A stretch of DNA of 64,000 nucleotides, taken from the NCBI GenBank assembly GCA_964005815.1, contig CAXFSR010000009.1, forward strand, positions 69,973 to 133,972, written 5' to 3'. The notes beneath the pieces are model-generated. The model ran no database searches and was not told the DNA's origin. It was given only the letters and a program-made list of their open reading frames with translations. Shown one piece after another: positions 9,272 through 19,235 of this stretch (position 1 is the stretch's first letter; each line of letters starts with the position of its first letter). Both the position numbers and the translations under genes were made by a program. This DNA is from an uncultured Nitrospinaceae bacterium. GTDB taxonomy: Bacteria > UBA8248.

Positions 9272-10324
9272 ATGAAGTTTTCAATCTTTTTCATCCCTTC
9301 TTGCGCTGAAGGAGAATCCTATCAAGACGAGTATGACAACCTAATGGAGCAGTGCGTGTTAGCCGATGAATTAGGTTTTGATGCTGCTTGGGTTGCTGAA
9401 CACCATTTTTCTAGAGTAGGAATGTGTCCAGATGCTCTTATGGTTGCCTTGGCAATAGCGCAGAAAACCAAAAAAATAAGGGTTGGTACGGCAATCAGTA
9501 TCGTTCCTTTTCACAATCCTATTCGTCTTGCAGAACAGGCAGCCTTAGTAGATGTTTTAAGTGGTGGTAGGCTTGATTTTGGTATTGGAAGAGGTTCTCA
9601 ACCCAAAGAATTTCAGGGTTTTAATATAGATCCTTCTGAGAGTCGAGAACGAATGCATGAGGGAATCGAAATTATGACTAGGCTTCTTGCTGGAGAGACG
9701 CTAACTTTTCACGGGAAGTATTACAGTTGTATTGACACAGCAATATATCCGAAACCAGTACAAGATCCTTTGCCAATTTGGATATCAGGTACTAGTCCTG
9801 AAACATATCAATATGCAGCTGAAAAGGGATTTTATGTTATGGCTTCCGCTGGTCATAAAGGGGCAGAACATTATCTTGAAAAAATACAATTATATAAAGA
9901 TGGTTTATTAGCGCAGGGAAAAGATCCCGAGGAATGCGAATATCTTTTAGCGCATAATATTCATGTTACAGATGATCCGGAATCAGCTTGGAAAGAAATT
10001 GAACCAGCAGAATCCTGGTATCTTAATTATAGGAGTGAGGTGAATTCAATTGAAATGCCAATTGAGCAGAAAGAATCTTTAAAGAGAAATATGAGTTATA
10101 AATTATCCATACGTGAGCAAATTGAAGGAGGAGGGGTTATAGGTCCTCCGGAGAAAGTAATAGAAGATATTGAGCGTTTAGAAAAAGATTTTAAAATAAA
10201 TCATGTGATGAATTTTTTGCTTAGAGGAATTAATCAACGTGATGCAATAAAATCTTTAGAAAGATTTGCTACAGAAGTAATCCCCCACTTTAAAAAGAAA
10301 GAAGTTAAAAGTTCTGCAAATTAA
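9272..10324 (+). CDS. Luciferase-like (LLM class) flavin-dependent oxidoreductase
   Basis: LGFDAAWVAEHHF, NPIRLAEQAALVDVLSGGRLDFGIGRG, YPKPVQ. Confidence 0.92.
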   Translation: MKFSIFFIPSCAEGESYQDEYDNLMEQCVLADELGFDAAWVAEHHFSRVGMCPDALMVALAIAQKTKKIRVGTAISIVPFHNPIRLAEQAALVDVLSGGRLDFGIGRGSQPKEFQGFNIDPSESRERMHEGIEIMTRLLAGETLTFHGKYYSCIDTAIYPKPVQDPLPIWISGTSPETYQYAAEKGFYVMASAGHKGAEHYLEKIQLYKDGLLAQGKDPEECEYLLAHNIHVTDDPESAWKEIEPAESWYLNYRSEVNSIEMPIEQKESLKRNMSYKLSIREQIEGGGVIGPPEKVIEDIERLEKDFKINHVMNFLLRGINQRDAIKSLERFATEVIPHFKKKEVKSSAN

Positions 10325-10345
10325 TTATTAGGAGGTTTCTATTTT

Positions 10346-10945
10346 ATGTGGATGTCATCCTTACGTTTAGGTGATACAGAAGAACCGGCTAAGTCTATTT
10401 TGGAAAAAATTAATGAGCAAAGAGGTGCAGTGCCAAAACTTTTGCTTACTATGGCACGGAGACCCGATGTGCTGAATGGTAGACAGACAATGAATATGGC
10501 AGTACATGGAGGGAATTCTACGCTTGGGAAAAGAAGGGAAGAACTAATTTCCTATTATATAGCTACTATTGGTGGTTGCTATGGTTGAACTCTTAATCAT
10601 GGCCAAAATTTCCGTGATGAAAGTGGCGATCAAGTAAGTTTGACAGATGTTGCTGGAGTTGTAATGGACAGAGACAACTCTTCCATTTTAGATGATTCAG
10701 ATAAGGCGATGCTAATATTTGCAGAAAAACTCACTTTTGACCATCATTCAATGTCTGAAGATGACCTCAATAAATTAAGAAATGTAGGTTTTAGTGATGA
10801 AAATATTTTAGATATTATTGCTTCAGTTTCTTATAGAAATTTTAGTAATCGTATTAATATATCCTTAGGTCTAGATGCTGCTCCTTTAAAGGGCCCTCAA
10901 GAGTTAATGGATGTAGTCGAATTTTCGAGGAAAGCTAACGTTTAG
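10346..10945 (+). CDS. AhpD/carboxymuconolactone decarboxylase-like selenoprotein (CxxU, Sec at TGA 10586-10588), 199 aa
   Basis: Track ORFs 10346-10588 and 10640-10945 share a frame with no other stop between them. Joined sequence reads RREELISYYIATIGG-C-Y-G-U-TLNHG, matching the AhpD CxxC...H motif. C-terminal half FAEKLT...LRNVGFSDENILD...NFSNRI is typical of the family. RBS AGGAGG. Confidence 0.85.
10589..10639 (+). promoter_or_regulatory. Candidate bacterial SECIS hairpin for the AhpD-like gene
   Basis: GCCA(10602-05)/TGGC(10624-27) and TTTC(10609-12)/GAAA(10619-22) close a CGTGAT loop 24 nt after UGA. An alternative stem ATCATGG/CCGTGAT is also possible. Confidence 0.5.
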
Positions 10946-10969
10946 GAAGATAACTTCAAACAGAAAAGG

Positions 10970-11737
10970 ATGGGAAGAATGGCTGAATTAAGTATTAGAC
11001 CTCTACATTGTGGAACTATTCATACCGATTATTCAAATATGGTTTATTGGACCAATTTTGGAACGAAAATTGATATTCCTTCATTTATTTATTTAATTGA
11101 GGGAGCAGATCAAAAGATCGTAGTAGATACAAGTTATTTAGATCCTGAACGTGGGGGCGCGCCTTGGCCAGCTACTAGAACTCCAGAACAGGATGTAAAA
11201 AAACAGATTGAAAGTGCTGGTTGGAAATGTGAGGACGTAGAAATTTTGATTCTAACCCATTTGCACTGGGATCATTCTCAGAACTGCGATCTTTTTCCTA
11301 ATGCCGTAAAATATGTTTGGGCTAAAGAATTGCAATACGCAATGTGTCCAGTTAGTTTGCAAGCCAAGCCGTATGATTCCCCGATCCACCCAAATACAAG
11401 ATGGCCTGTTTATGCCCAACAAAATATTATTTTTGAACCTATTTGGAAAGATGAATTCGAAATTGTTCCAGGTGTCATGTATTTCCATACTCCTGGACAC
11501 ACTCCTGGACATTGTTCTGTCGCAGTTGAGACAAAAGTTGGTACATATGTAATTGCTGCCGATGTTATACAAATACAGGAAGGGTTAGATCGACGAGTTC
11601 CTGCCGGTCAAATGTCAAGTATGAGTGATGCTATTAATAGTATAGATAGATGTATTTCTATTGCTTCTAAAGAAGAATATATCTTGCCGGGGCATGAAAT
11701 TACAGTTCTTGAGCATGATGTTTATCCTTATGTCTAA
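10970..11737 (+). CDS. N-acyl homoserine lactonase family metallo-beta-lactamase fold hydrolase
   Basis: THLHWDH, TPGHTPGH, AAD, LPGHE. Confidence 0.88.
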   Translation: MGRMAELSIRPLHCGTIHTDYSNMVYWTNFGTKIDIPSFIYLIEGADQKIVVDTSYLDPERGGAPWPATRTPEQDVKKQIESAGWKCEDVEILILTHLHWDHSQNCDLFPNAVKYVWAKELQYAMCPVSLQAKPYDSPIHPNTRWPVYAQQNIIFEPIWKDEFEIVPGVMYFHTPGHTPGHCSVAVETKVGTYVIAADVIQIQEGLDRRVPAGQMSSMSDAINSIDRCISIASKEEYILPGHEITVLEHDVYPYV

Positions 11738-11770
11738 CTGTCAACTTTACTATCCTATGGAAGGTTAATA

Positions 11771-12148
11771 ATGGCGATGAGTGAAAGGGGCAAAGCCCTT
11801 TACGATCAGATGTTGGCTGCAAGAGGATTTATTTATCCCGCATATGAACTTCTATGTGAGGTTGACCCTGATCTCTTGGAGCATTATGAAGAATTGAAGA
11901 ACCATATAATGAAGAAAGAAGGTCCTTTCCATGAAAAATACAAGGAACTCTTCATAGCGGTTGCGAGTGCTTCTCGCGACCCTTCCGACTTGGAAGGTAT
12001 TCGTAATCACCTAAAGAAAGCACTTCAACTTGGTGCAACGGTAGAAGAGGCTACTGAAGCTCTAGAATGTATGTTGCCTCCATGTGGAATGACCGCATTA
12101 GTTGCAGGATGTAATCAATTAAAAGAAGTCATTGACGAAGGCTATTAA
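11771..12148 (+). CDS. Carboxymuconolactone decarboxylase (CMD) family protein
   Basis: KYKELFIAV...RNHLKKALQLGATVEEATEAL pattern. Confidence 0.8.
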   Translation: MAMSERGKALYDQMLAARGFIYPAYELLCEVDPDLLEHYEELKNHIMKKEGPFHEKYKELFIAVASASRDPSDLEGIRNHLKKALQLGATVEEATEALECMLPPCGMTALVAGCNQLKEVIDEGY

Positions 12149-12158
12149 TCTAAAATGT

Positions 12159-13379
12159 TTATTTAAGTTTGGGACCGTTGCAAACTTCTTTTGCGGCGGT
12201 CGCAAACATTGATGCAGCATGAATTAAATTTTTTGCTGGAACTCTTTCATTAGGCAAATGCGCCTCAGATATAAACTCACCAGGTCCAAAGAAAACTCCA
12301 GGAATCCCATTTTCTATGAATAATCTAAGAGCCCCTGGAGATTCTATTCCAGGTAGAAATTCGTTTTCAGTTCCTCTTACAGCCGGGACCACTCTTTTCA
12401 TTAGTTCTACAACTGGTTCTTCCTCTAAGATTTCTGTTACTTCTCTTGCACCACTTGGGATTATTTCCAGAGTGGCATCTATTTCAGGGTCTTCTGACTT
12501 TAGTTCTTCTATAATTTCTTCTAATTGTTTTTTTACTTCAGATGATTCTTGTCCTGGAATCATTCTTACGTCGAAAGTAGCGCTTGCTCTTCCTCCGACA
12601 ACATTGACAGCTGAACCTCCTTTAATTGTGGAAAATGTCAGTGTACAAGGACCTAGAAAAGGATCTGGTTCCGGGGCAATACGGTTTGCTTGAAAAGCGT
12701 CAATAATTTTAGCCAATTTTTCGATAGCATTGATCCCTTTTTCAGGAACGCTTACGTGAACTGATCTGCCACGAACTTTGATTTCGAAGAAAATGCGACC
12801 CTTAAAAGAACGGATAACATTGTTGCTTGTGGATTCTGTATATAAAACCATGTCACCATTTAGTTCTTTAAGAATTCCGTTGTTTACCAGAGATTGTGCG
12901 CCATAAAAATCTCCATGTTCTCCGTCGGACAATAGCACCCATGTGAGTATTCCAGGGAGTTTAATCTTTTGTTCTTGGATAGCTTTAAAAGCACCGATGG
13001 TTGATGCAAGAGCTCCTTTCATATCGGCAGCTCCTCTTCCCCAAATTTCATCTTCTACTAACTTCCCACTAAATGGTGGGACTTTCCAAGATTCAATTTC
13101 GTCCGGATGAACCGGAACAGTATCCATATGTCCGCCGATGACAAAATGTCCTGCATCGGGATTTCCGTCACCTGTTTGTATAATGAAATTTGGCATTCCT
13201 TTTTCATATTCATATGTTTTGATATTGCTGATTCCAATTGATTGCAGTTCTTTTAGAATCTTTTCAGCCACATCAGAACAATCTCCTGGAGGATTCTCTG
13301 CGGGGATTTGTATAAGTTCTTGTGCAAGTTCGACAACGTAATTTTCATTTACCTCAATTGCATTTATTTCTTCTGCCAT
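12159..13379 (-). CDS. M20 family metallopeptidase/deacylase (ArgE/DapE-like)
   Basis: GHMDTVP, GRGAADMKG, GRSVHVSVPEKGINAI, FGPG...AHLPNE. Confidence 0.88.
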   Translation of the reverse strand: MAEEINAIEVNENYVVELAQELIQIPAENPPGDCSDVAEKILKELQSIGISNIKTYEYEKGMPNFIIQTGDGNPDAGHFVIGGHMDTVPVHPDEIESWKVPPFSGKLVEDEIWGRGAADMKGALASTIGAFKAIQEQKIKLPGILTWVLLSDGEHGDFYGAQSLVNNGILKELNGDMVLYTESTSNNVIRSFKGRIFFEIKVRGRSVHVSVPEKGINAIEKLAKIIDAFQANRIAPEPDPFLGPCTLTFSTIKGGSAVNVVGGRASATFDVRMIPGQESSEVKKQLEEIIEELKSEDPEIDATLEIIPSGAREVTEILEEEPVVELMKRVVPAVRGTENEFLPGIESPGALRLFIENGIPGVFFGPGEFISEAHLPNERVPAKNLIHAASMFATAAKEVCNGPKLK

Positions 13380-13394
13380 GTGTTACTCCTGAAA

Positions 13395-14516
13395 TTAAAA
13401 GAATTGTTGTAATTTTTCTGGTGTCTTTAGTCCACTACCTGTTACTGGAATAACAATAATATCTTTTTTAGAGATTTTATTCGAATCTAAAAGTTCTTTT
13501 AGACCTAAAAATGGAATTGCACATGTAGGTTCCATTAAAATTCCTTGTTTTGCAAAATATTTTAAAATCAATCCAATTTTATTTTCTTCAACGGCAAATA
13601 ATTCCCCGTCTGTTTCATGAACAGCCTCAATAATTTGTTTCCAACGTACAGGTTTGCTTACACTAATTCCATCAGCCAAGCTAGAATTTAATCTTATTTC
13701 AGGGATTTTTGTAAGTTTTTGATCCCAAATTTGGACTAGTGGCGCACAATTTTTGGTTTGAACAGCATAAATTTTTGGTAATTTATCTGAATAACCTGCA
13801 TCCATCAGTTCCTTAAATCCTTTGTAAGCACCTATAACTAAGGAACCGTGACCTACTGGAATGATAACTGAGTCAGGGACTGTTTGTTGCATTTGTTCCC
13901 ATAATTCAAAAGCCCATGTTTTAGTTCCATGATTAAACCAGCAGTTCCAAAAATGACTAGCATAGAAACAATGTTTAGTTTCTCTTAATGCAGCTTCAGT
14001 AGTTGATTGTCTGGGACCTTTTATTTTTTTTAGATTCGCACCAAAAGCTGAGATCTGCATACATTTAATTTCCGAGGTGTTATCGGGCACGTACATGTCA
14101 CATTCAATATCTGCAAGTGATGTGTATGCAGCTATTGATGCTGCGGCGTTTCCCGAAGAATCGCCTAAAACTTTTTTGATTTCCCACTCTTTTAATTTGC
14201 TTGCTAGTACAGTTGAACCCCTATCTTTGAAAGAACCTGTTGGAAAAAAGAAATCTAGTTTGCATTGGATTTCCATTTTTGCGAAAGGAAAATCCCTCAA
14301 CGGAGTCATTCCTTCTCCAAGGCTAATCTTATTTTTTATATTCTTCAGAGGAATAGATTCTTTATATCTCCAAAGGCTCGATTCTCTTGAACCAAGCAAC
14401 TTTTTTGGAAAGATATTTTCTATTTTTATATCTAGAGTGCCACCACATTCGCATCTCCATCGTGGTTCTTCATCAGGAAACTCAACGTCGCAGCTTGTAC
14501 ACTTTAGTGATGACAA
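13395..14516 (-). CDS. thrC: Threonine synthase family PLP enzyme with N-terminal zinc ribbon
   Basis: CxxC...CxCGG, SLGEGMTPL, PTGSFKDRG, DSSGNAAAS, PVGHG, TGSGLK. Confidence 0.8.
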   Translation of the reverse strand: MSSLKCTSCDVEFPDEEPRWRCECGGTLDIKIENIFPKKLLGSRESSLWRYKESIPLKNIKNKISLGEGMTPLRDFPFAKMEIQCKLDFFFPTGSFKDRGSTVLASKLKEWEIKKVLGDSSGNAAASIAAYTSLADIECDMYVPDNTSEIKCMQISAFGANLKKIKGPRQSTTEAALRETKHCFYASHFWNCWFNHGTKTWAFELWEQMQQTVPDSVIIPVGHGSLVIGAYKGFKELMDAGYSDKLPKIYAVQTKNCAPLVQIWDQKLTKIPEIRLNSSLADGISVSKPVRWKQIIEAVHETDGELFAVEENKIGLILKYFAKQGILMEPTCAIPFLGLKELLDSNKISKKDIIVIPVTGSGLKTPEKLQQFF

Positions 14517-14658
14517 ACTGTAAACTCCCTATAAAAAATCTCTAGGTATTTGCTAAATAGAATAAAAGATATTTTCATTTGAACATATTTTGATAATATT
14601 TGTTATGCTTGCAAATCATATATTTTTATAACTATTAGACTTTTTTGTGAGGGTGAAA

Positions 14659-16554
14659 ATGCTTTCTCGGTATGAGAACGAATTTTTAAAATCTTTAGAT
14701 GAATCTGAAAAATATTGGGCTGATGCTGCAGAAGACTTATTTTGGCATAAAAAATGGGATGTAGTTTTAGATAGTTCAAATCCCCCTTTTTATCGATGGT
14801 TCCCAGGTGCGCAAGTCAATACTTGTTATAATTGTGTAGATCGTCATGTCGATGAAGGCAGAGGAGAACAAGTAGCTCTAATATATGATAGTCCTATTAC
14901 AGGAGCACCAATTCAAAAACTAACATATCGGGAACTTTTAGAACAGGTTTCGAAATTTGCGGGTGGTTTGCAGGAAAATGGAGTGCAAAAAGGAGACCGA
15001 GTTTTAATTTATATGCCTATGGTTCCGGAAGCAGTGATTGCTATGCTCGCTTGTGCAAGGGTTGGAGCAGTACATTCTGTAGTTTTTGGAGGGTTTGCTC
15101 CAAATGAATTGGCTACTCGTATAGATGATGCTAAGCCAAAAATGATAATCTCTGCTTCTTGTGGAATTGAACCATCTGGAGTGATTCCATATAAACCTTT
15201 ACTTGATGAAGCATTAAATCTATCTGAGTTTAAACCTAAATGTTGCGTAATTTTACAAAGAGAGCAAACTTTAGCGACTATGAATAATGCCTTAGATATC
15301 GATTGGAATGATTTTATCGATATATCAGAAATGACCGACTGTGTCTTGGTTGACTCTACAGATCCTCTCTATATTTTATATACATCAGGAACTACCGCTC
15401 AGCCTAAAGGTGTAGTTAGGGATAACGGTGGTCATATGGTTTCTTTGAAATGGTCGATGAAAAACGTTTACAATATCGAGCCTGGTGATGTGTTTTGGGC
15501 AGCATCAGATATAGGATGGGTTGTAGGACATTCTTATATCGTATATGGACCGCTTCTTCATGGATGTACTTCCATTTTATTTGAAGGAAAGCCAGTAGGA
15601 ACTCCGGATGCAGGAGTGTTTTGGAGAATAATTTCTGAGCACAAAGTAAAGGCTTTATTTACTGCACCTACAGCTTTCCGTGCGATAAAACGAGAAGATC
15701 CAGATGCAGAATTAATGAAAGATAAAGATCTCAGTTCGTTTGAGACTTTATTTCTTGCAGGTGAACGTTCTGATCCTGATACTGTTATGTGGGCAGAACA
15801 AAAAATTGGTGTTCCCGTAATTGATCACTATTGGCAAACAGAATCAGGTTGGCCAATGTTAGCAAATAGTATCGGCATAGAGAAATTGCCAGTTAAATAT
15901 GGGTCTCCTACTAAACCAGTCTCTGGTTTTGATTTCTCAGTATTAGATCCTGAGTGTAGGGAGGTAGAAAGAGGAGAAATGGGTTCTCTCTGCGTAAAAT
16001 TACCTCTTCCTCCCGGTTGTCTTTTGACTTTGTGGAATGCAGATGACAGATTTATTGATTCTTATTTAAGTGAGTTTCCTGGTTTTTATAAAACTGGGGA
16101 CGCAGGTTATATGGATGAAGACGGTTATGTTTTTGTAATGTCTCGTACTGACGATATTATTAATGTTGCTGGCCATAGACTTTCTACAGGTGCTATGGAA
16201 GAAGTCTTATGTTCACATCCTGATGTTGCAGAATGTGCTGTAGTAGGTATTCAAGATAATTTAAAAGGGCAAGTTCCGATGGGGTTCCTTGTACTAAAAT
16301 CTGGCTCCGAAAAGACAAATGAGGTAGTTATTGAAGATGTAATAAAATTAGTTCGTCATCAAATAGGTGCTGTAGCTGCTTTCAAGGAAGCTATAGTAGT
16401 TAAACGTTTGCCAAAGACGCGTTCAGGAAAGATTTTAAGGGGAACTATGTCTAAAATGGTAGACGGTGAACCCTATAAACTTCCTGCCACTATAGATGAT
16501 CCGTTAATCTTAGAGGAAATAAAGGCATCTCTTACTGCAAATGAAAAAAAATAG
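14659..16554 (+). CDS. prpE: Propionyl-CoA synthetase / short-chain acyl-CoA ligase
   Basis: YILYTSGTTAQPKGVVRDNGGH, WAASDIGWVVGHSY, DHYWQTE, INVAGHRLSTG, LPKTRSGKILR. Confidence 0.88.
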   Translation: MLSRYENEFLKSLDESEKYWADAAEDLFWHKKWDVVLDSSNPPFYRWFPGAQVNTCYNCVDRHVDEGRGEQVALIYDSPITGAPIQKLTYRELLEQVSKFAGGLQENGVQKGDRVLIYMPMVPEAVIAMLACARVGAVHSVVFGGFAPNELATRIDDAKPKMIISASCGIEPSGVIPYKPLLDEALNLSEFKPKCCVILQREQTLATMNNALDIDWNDFIDISEMTDCVLVDSTDPLYILYTSGTTAQPKGVVRDNGGHMVSLKWSMKNVYNIEPGDVFWAASDIGWVVGHSYIVYGPLLHGCTSILFEGKPVGTPDAGVFWRIISEHKVKALFTAPTAFRAIKREDPDAELMKDKDLSSFETLFLAGERSDPDTVMWAEQKIGVPVIDHYWQTESGWPMLANSIGIEKLPVKYGSPTKPVSGFDFSVLDPECREVERGEMGSLCVKLPLPPGCLLTLWNADDRFIDSYLSEFPGFYKTGDAGYMDEDGYVFVMSRTDDIINVAGHRLSTGAMEEVLCSHPDVAECAVVGIQDNLKGQVPMGFLVLKSGSEKTNEVVIEDVIKLVRHQIGAVAAFKEAIVVKRLPKTRSGKILRGTMSKMVDGEPYKLPATIDDPLILEEIKASLTANEKK

Positions 16555-17197
16555 TTTTTATTTTCTATCTATATTGGTTGTAGGAATTATTTTATTTTTT
16601 TATGCGAAAATCATTTATGTATTTATGGAAGAGGGGTGGCAACTCCTTTTGTCCGGTAATCTTGCAGAATTAAAGGAATATATCCTTTCATACGGTTTTT
16701 GGGGACCTTTTGTTTCATTTCTTCTTATGATTTTACAAACATTAATAGCACCACTTCCTTCGTTCCTAATTACTTTAGCAAATGCAATGATCTTCGGTCC
16801 TGTCTATGGTTTTTTCCTTTCAATTTTTTCTGCAATTTTTGCTTCATACGTTGCATTTTATATTTCTGCTTGGTTTGGACGTCCTTTCTTATGTGCTTTA
16901 AAGACAAGTCGTAAAATTGATGAATTCGTAACACAACATGGAGGAAAAGGGATTTTTATCTTGCGGTTATTTCCCATTATTTCTTTTGATTTGGTCAGTT
17001 ATCTTGCAGGTCTAACTTCGATTAATCCCCTGAAATTTGGCGTTGCTACTTTACTAGGAATGGTTCCAGCGACTCTCGCATTTTCTATTCTTGGGGCATC
17101 ATTTGCTGCAGCAAATGTATGGCTCACCGCAGCAGGTTTTCTTCTTCTTCTTTTGTTGATTATTGTCGGAATTTATGGGAAAGAAAAATTTTATTAA
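16541..17197 (+). CDS. TVP38/TMEM64 (DedA/SNARE-associated) membrane protein
   Basis: LQTLIAPLPS...ANAMIFG, LRLFPIISFDLVSYLAGL. Overlaps the prpE stop. Confidence 0.88.
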   Translation: MKKNSFYFLSILVVGIILFFYAKIIYVFMEEGWQLLLSGNLAELKEYILSYGFWGPFVSFLLMILQTLIAPLPSFLITLANAMIFGPVYGFFLSIFSAIFASYVAFYISAWFGRPFLCALKTSRKIDEFVTQHGGKGIFILRLFPIISFDLVSYLAGLTSINPLKFGVATLLGMVPATLAFSILGASFAAANVWLTAAGFLLLLLLIIVGIYGKEKFY

Positions 17198-17712
17198 AGT
17201 TTTCTTAAAAATTTATTTCTATGTCTTTCTCTTTTTGATAATTTTCGAGGATTTCCTTTTTTCTTTGTGTCGATTTTTTGATTGTGCAAAGGAGTTTCCT
17301 CTGAATAGTGTTCTTCTGTAATCAAAGTTGACAATAAGATACGATCTGCAAATTGTTCAGAATAAAAGAGAGTATTTACATACGGTTCTGCATTTTTTCT
17401 CAATTCTTTGTCCGAAGTCACCAAAATTGACCCCTTATATTCATTTTTTACCATTTTTACAATTAATTCATCTGCAGTTTCTCCCCTTGAAAACGTTATG
17501 CTAATGCCCCTAGGAGGTGTATTCCTTTTGTCAAAATGTTCTTTTTGACCATCAAAAACAATAGTTATTGGATAAATATCTTTTTTGCTGGAACGATAAG
17601 TATTTAAAAGTCTTACAAGGCTATTTCTCGAAGATTCTAAATCCCGGTCTAATTCTTCTGCTATTAACGGGATTGTATGAATTAGGTTGTATCCATCAAT
17701 TAATATTTTCAC
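17194..17712 (-). CDS. NYN domain protein (YacP/Rae1-like ribonuclease)
   Basis: LIDGYNL, IVFDG, ETADELI, LVTSDKEL, basic KKGNPRKLSK tail. Confidence 0.88.
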   Translation of the reverse strand: MKILIDGYNLIHTIPLIAEELDRDLESSRNSLVRLLNTYRSSKKDIYPITIVFDGQKEHFDKRNTPPRGISITFSRGETADELIVKMVKNEYKGSILVTSDKELRKNAEPYVNTLFYSEQFADRILLSTLITEEHYSEETPLHNQKIDTKKKGNPRKLSKRERHRNKFLRKL

Positions 17713-17905
17713 TACTTCTTTCCAGTTGGGTTAATTTATAGTTGTCTTGAAACTCCAAGCAGAAAAAACGTTTACATAGTAGCATAATCCTAGATTAGGG
17801 AGACCTATTTGATTTTTTTTTTTATTTTTTGCTTTTAGATAATTTACAGATTGATGTATATTTTCTCAACATTTTCTATTTCATAATATGTTTTGGAGGA
17901 AACTG

Positions 17906-19177
17906 ATGCCTAAACCTTCTTATCACCCTAATCCTATTCGGGGTGGGGGTAACGATGCTTACACTGGTGTTGATCATGTGCTAAGCGAACCTTGGCCGGA
18001 AGAATGTCATAATACACGTCTAGTTGCTCATTCAGACTTAAACGGATGGGGAGACGCTTTTCAGATACAGGTTGGTGGAGGAATCTGCTATGTAGCTGCA
18101 TCGGGCGTAAATGGACATGATGGGATGACTATTCTTGATGTGAAAGATCCAAAAAATCCTAAAATTATTAATCAATTGGTTGATAGCCCTGCGGCAAGAA
18201 CTCATAAGGTTCTTCGTATTAATGACGAAGTTCTTCTTACTAATAGTGAGATTCGGCCAGCTTTCAAGGATGATCCTGAAGTAGTTGGTGGTTTGCGTAT
18301 TTTTGATAATACAGATCCTTTCCATCCAAAATTTGTGAATTATATCGAGACAGATGGATTTGGTATTCATAGACCTATTTATGATAAAAATAGACAATTG
18401 CTTTATAGTTCCGGTTTTAAAGATGGCTTCGATGGAAAAATTCTTTTAGTTCATGACATGAAAGATGCATGGGCTCCTGAACTTATTGGTTTAGGATGGA
18501 TTCCGGGACAAAAACATGGCGAAGACCCATCTTGGGATGTAGATATCGTAGGAGATGGCGCGTGGATACATGAAGGAAACCCATTCGGAAATTATGTTAC
18601 TGCTGGTTATTGGGATGCAGGTATCGCTATGTTTGATTTGACAGATCCTTCTAATCCAGAGTTTATGTGGCGTCAAAATCCCCATGAATCACATGGCTGG
18701 CCTGGATGTTACCATTCATTTTTAGTTCCTCCAGGTTCAGAGTTTGCCATTGTCACACATGAAACTACAACGGTGAATTGTGATGATCCTCCTGCTTTTG
18801 TAACTTTTTATGACATGAGAGATATTCATAATCCGACCATTTGCAGTACTTTTATGCCACATGAAATTGATCCTATAGAGATGAGACCTATAGATAAAAA
18901 ATGGAGCCAAACTGGGTCGCGTTATGGTGCACACAATATATGGCTCGGTATGGAAAAAGATGATCTCATGTATATTTGTTGGTTTAACGCTGGACTTAGA
19001 ATTGTAGATTGGTCTAATCCATTCAATCCTAAAGAAGTAGGGTATTATCTTCCAGAGGGCAATAAAGAAAGATGTTGTCCCCAGAGCAATGACGTACAGG
19101 TCGACAAAGAAACAGGATTAGTTTATATGGCAGATAGATGGGGATTAGGTTTACACATAATTGAATATACAGGTTAA
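17906..19177 (+). CDS. LVIVD repeat-containing beta-propeller protein
   Basis: Repeated G.(L/M).I.D..DP.NP units; WFNAGLRIVDWSNPFNPKEVGYY, NDV.VD...LVY..DR..GL.I. ATG at 17906 follows GGAGG. Confidence 0.85.
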   Translation: MPKPSYHPNPIRGGGNDAYTGVDHVLSEPWPEECHNTRLVAHSDLNGWGDAFQIQVGGGICYVAASGVNGHDGMTILDVKDPKNPKIINQLVDSPAARTHKVLRINDEVLLTNSEIRPAFKDDPEVVGGLRIFDNTDPFHPKFVNYIETDGFGIHRPIYDKNRQLLYSSGFKDGFDGKILLVHDMKDAWAPELIGLGWIPGQKHGEDPSWDVDIVGDGAWIHEGNPFGNYVTAGYWDAGIAMFDLTDPSNPEFMWRQNPHESHGWPGCYHSFLVPPGSEFAIVTHETTTVNCDDPPAFVTFYDMRDIHNPTICSTFMPHEIDPIEMRPIDKKWSQTGSRYGAHNIWLGMEKDDLMYICWFNAGLRIVDWSNPFNPKEVGYYLPEGNKERCCPQSNDVQVDKETGLVYMADRWGLGLHIIEYTG

Positions 19178-19192
19178 ATTTCACTCTAATTT

Positions 19193-19235
19193 ATAGGGAT
19201 CCGAGAATTCAGCTTGGGTCCCTATTTATTTTTTT
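19193..19235. terminator. Intrinsic terminator between the convergent LVIVD and GT9 genes
   Basis: 13-bp stem ATAGGGATCCGAG/CTTGGGTCCCTAT (with G-U pairs), 7-nt loop, followed by a T-run. Overlaps the GT9 stop codon. Confidence 0.7.
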
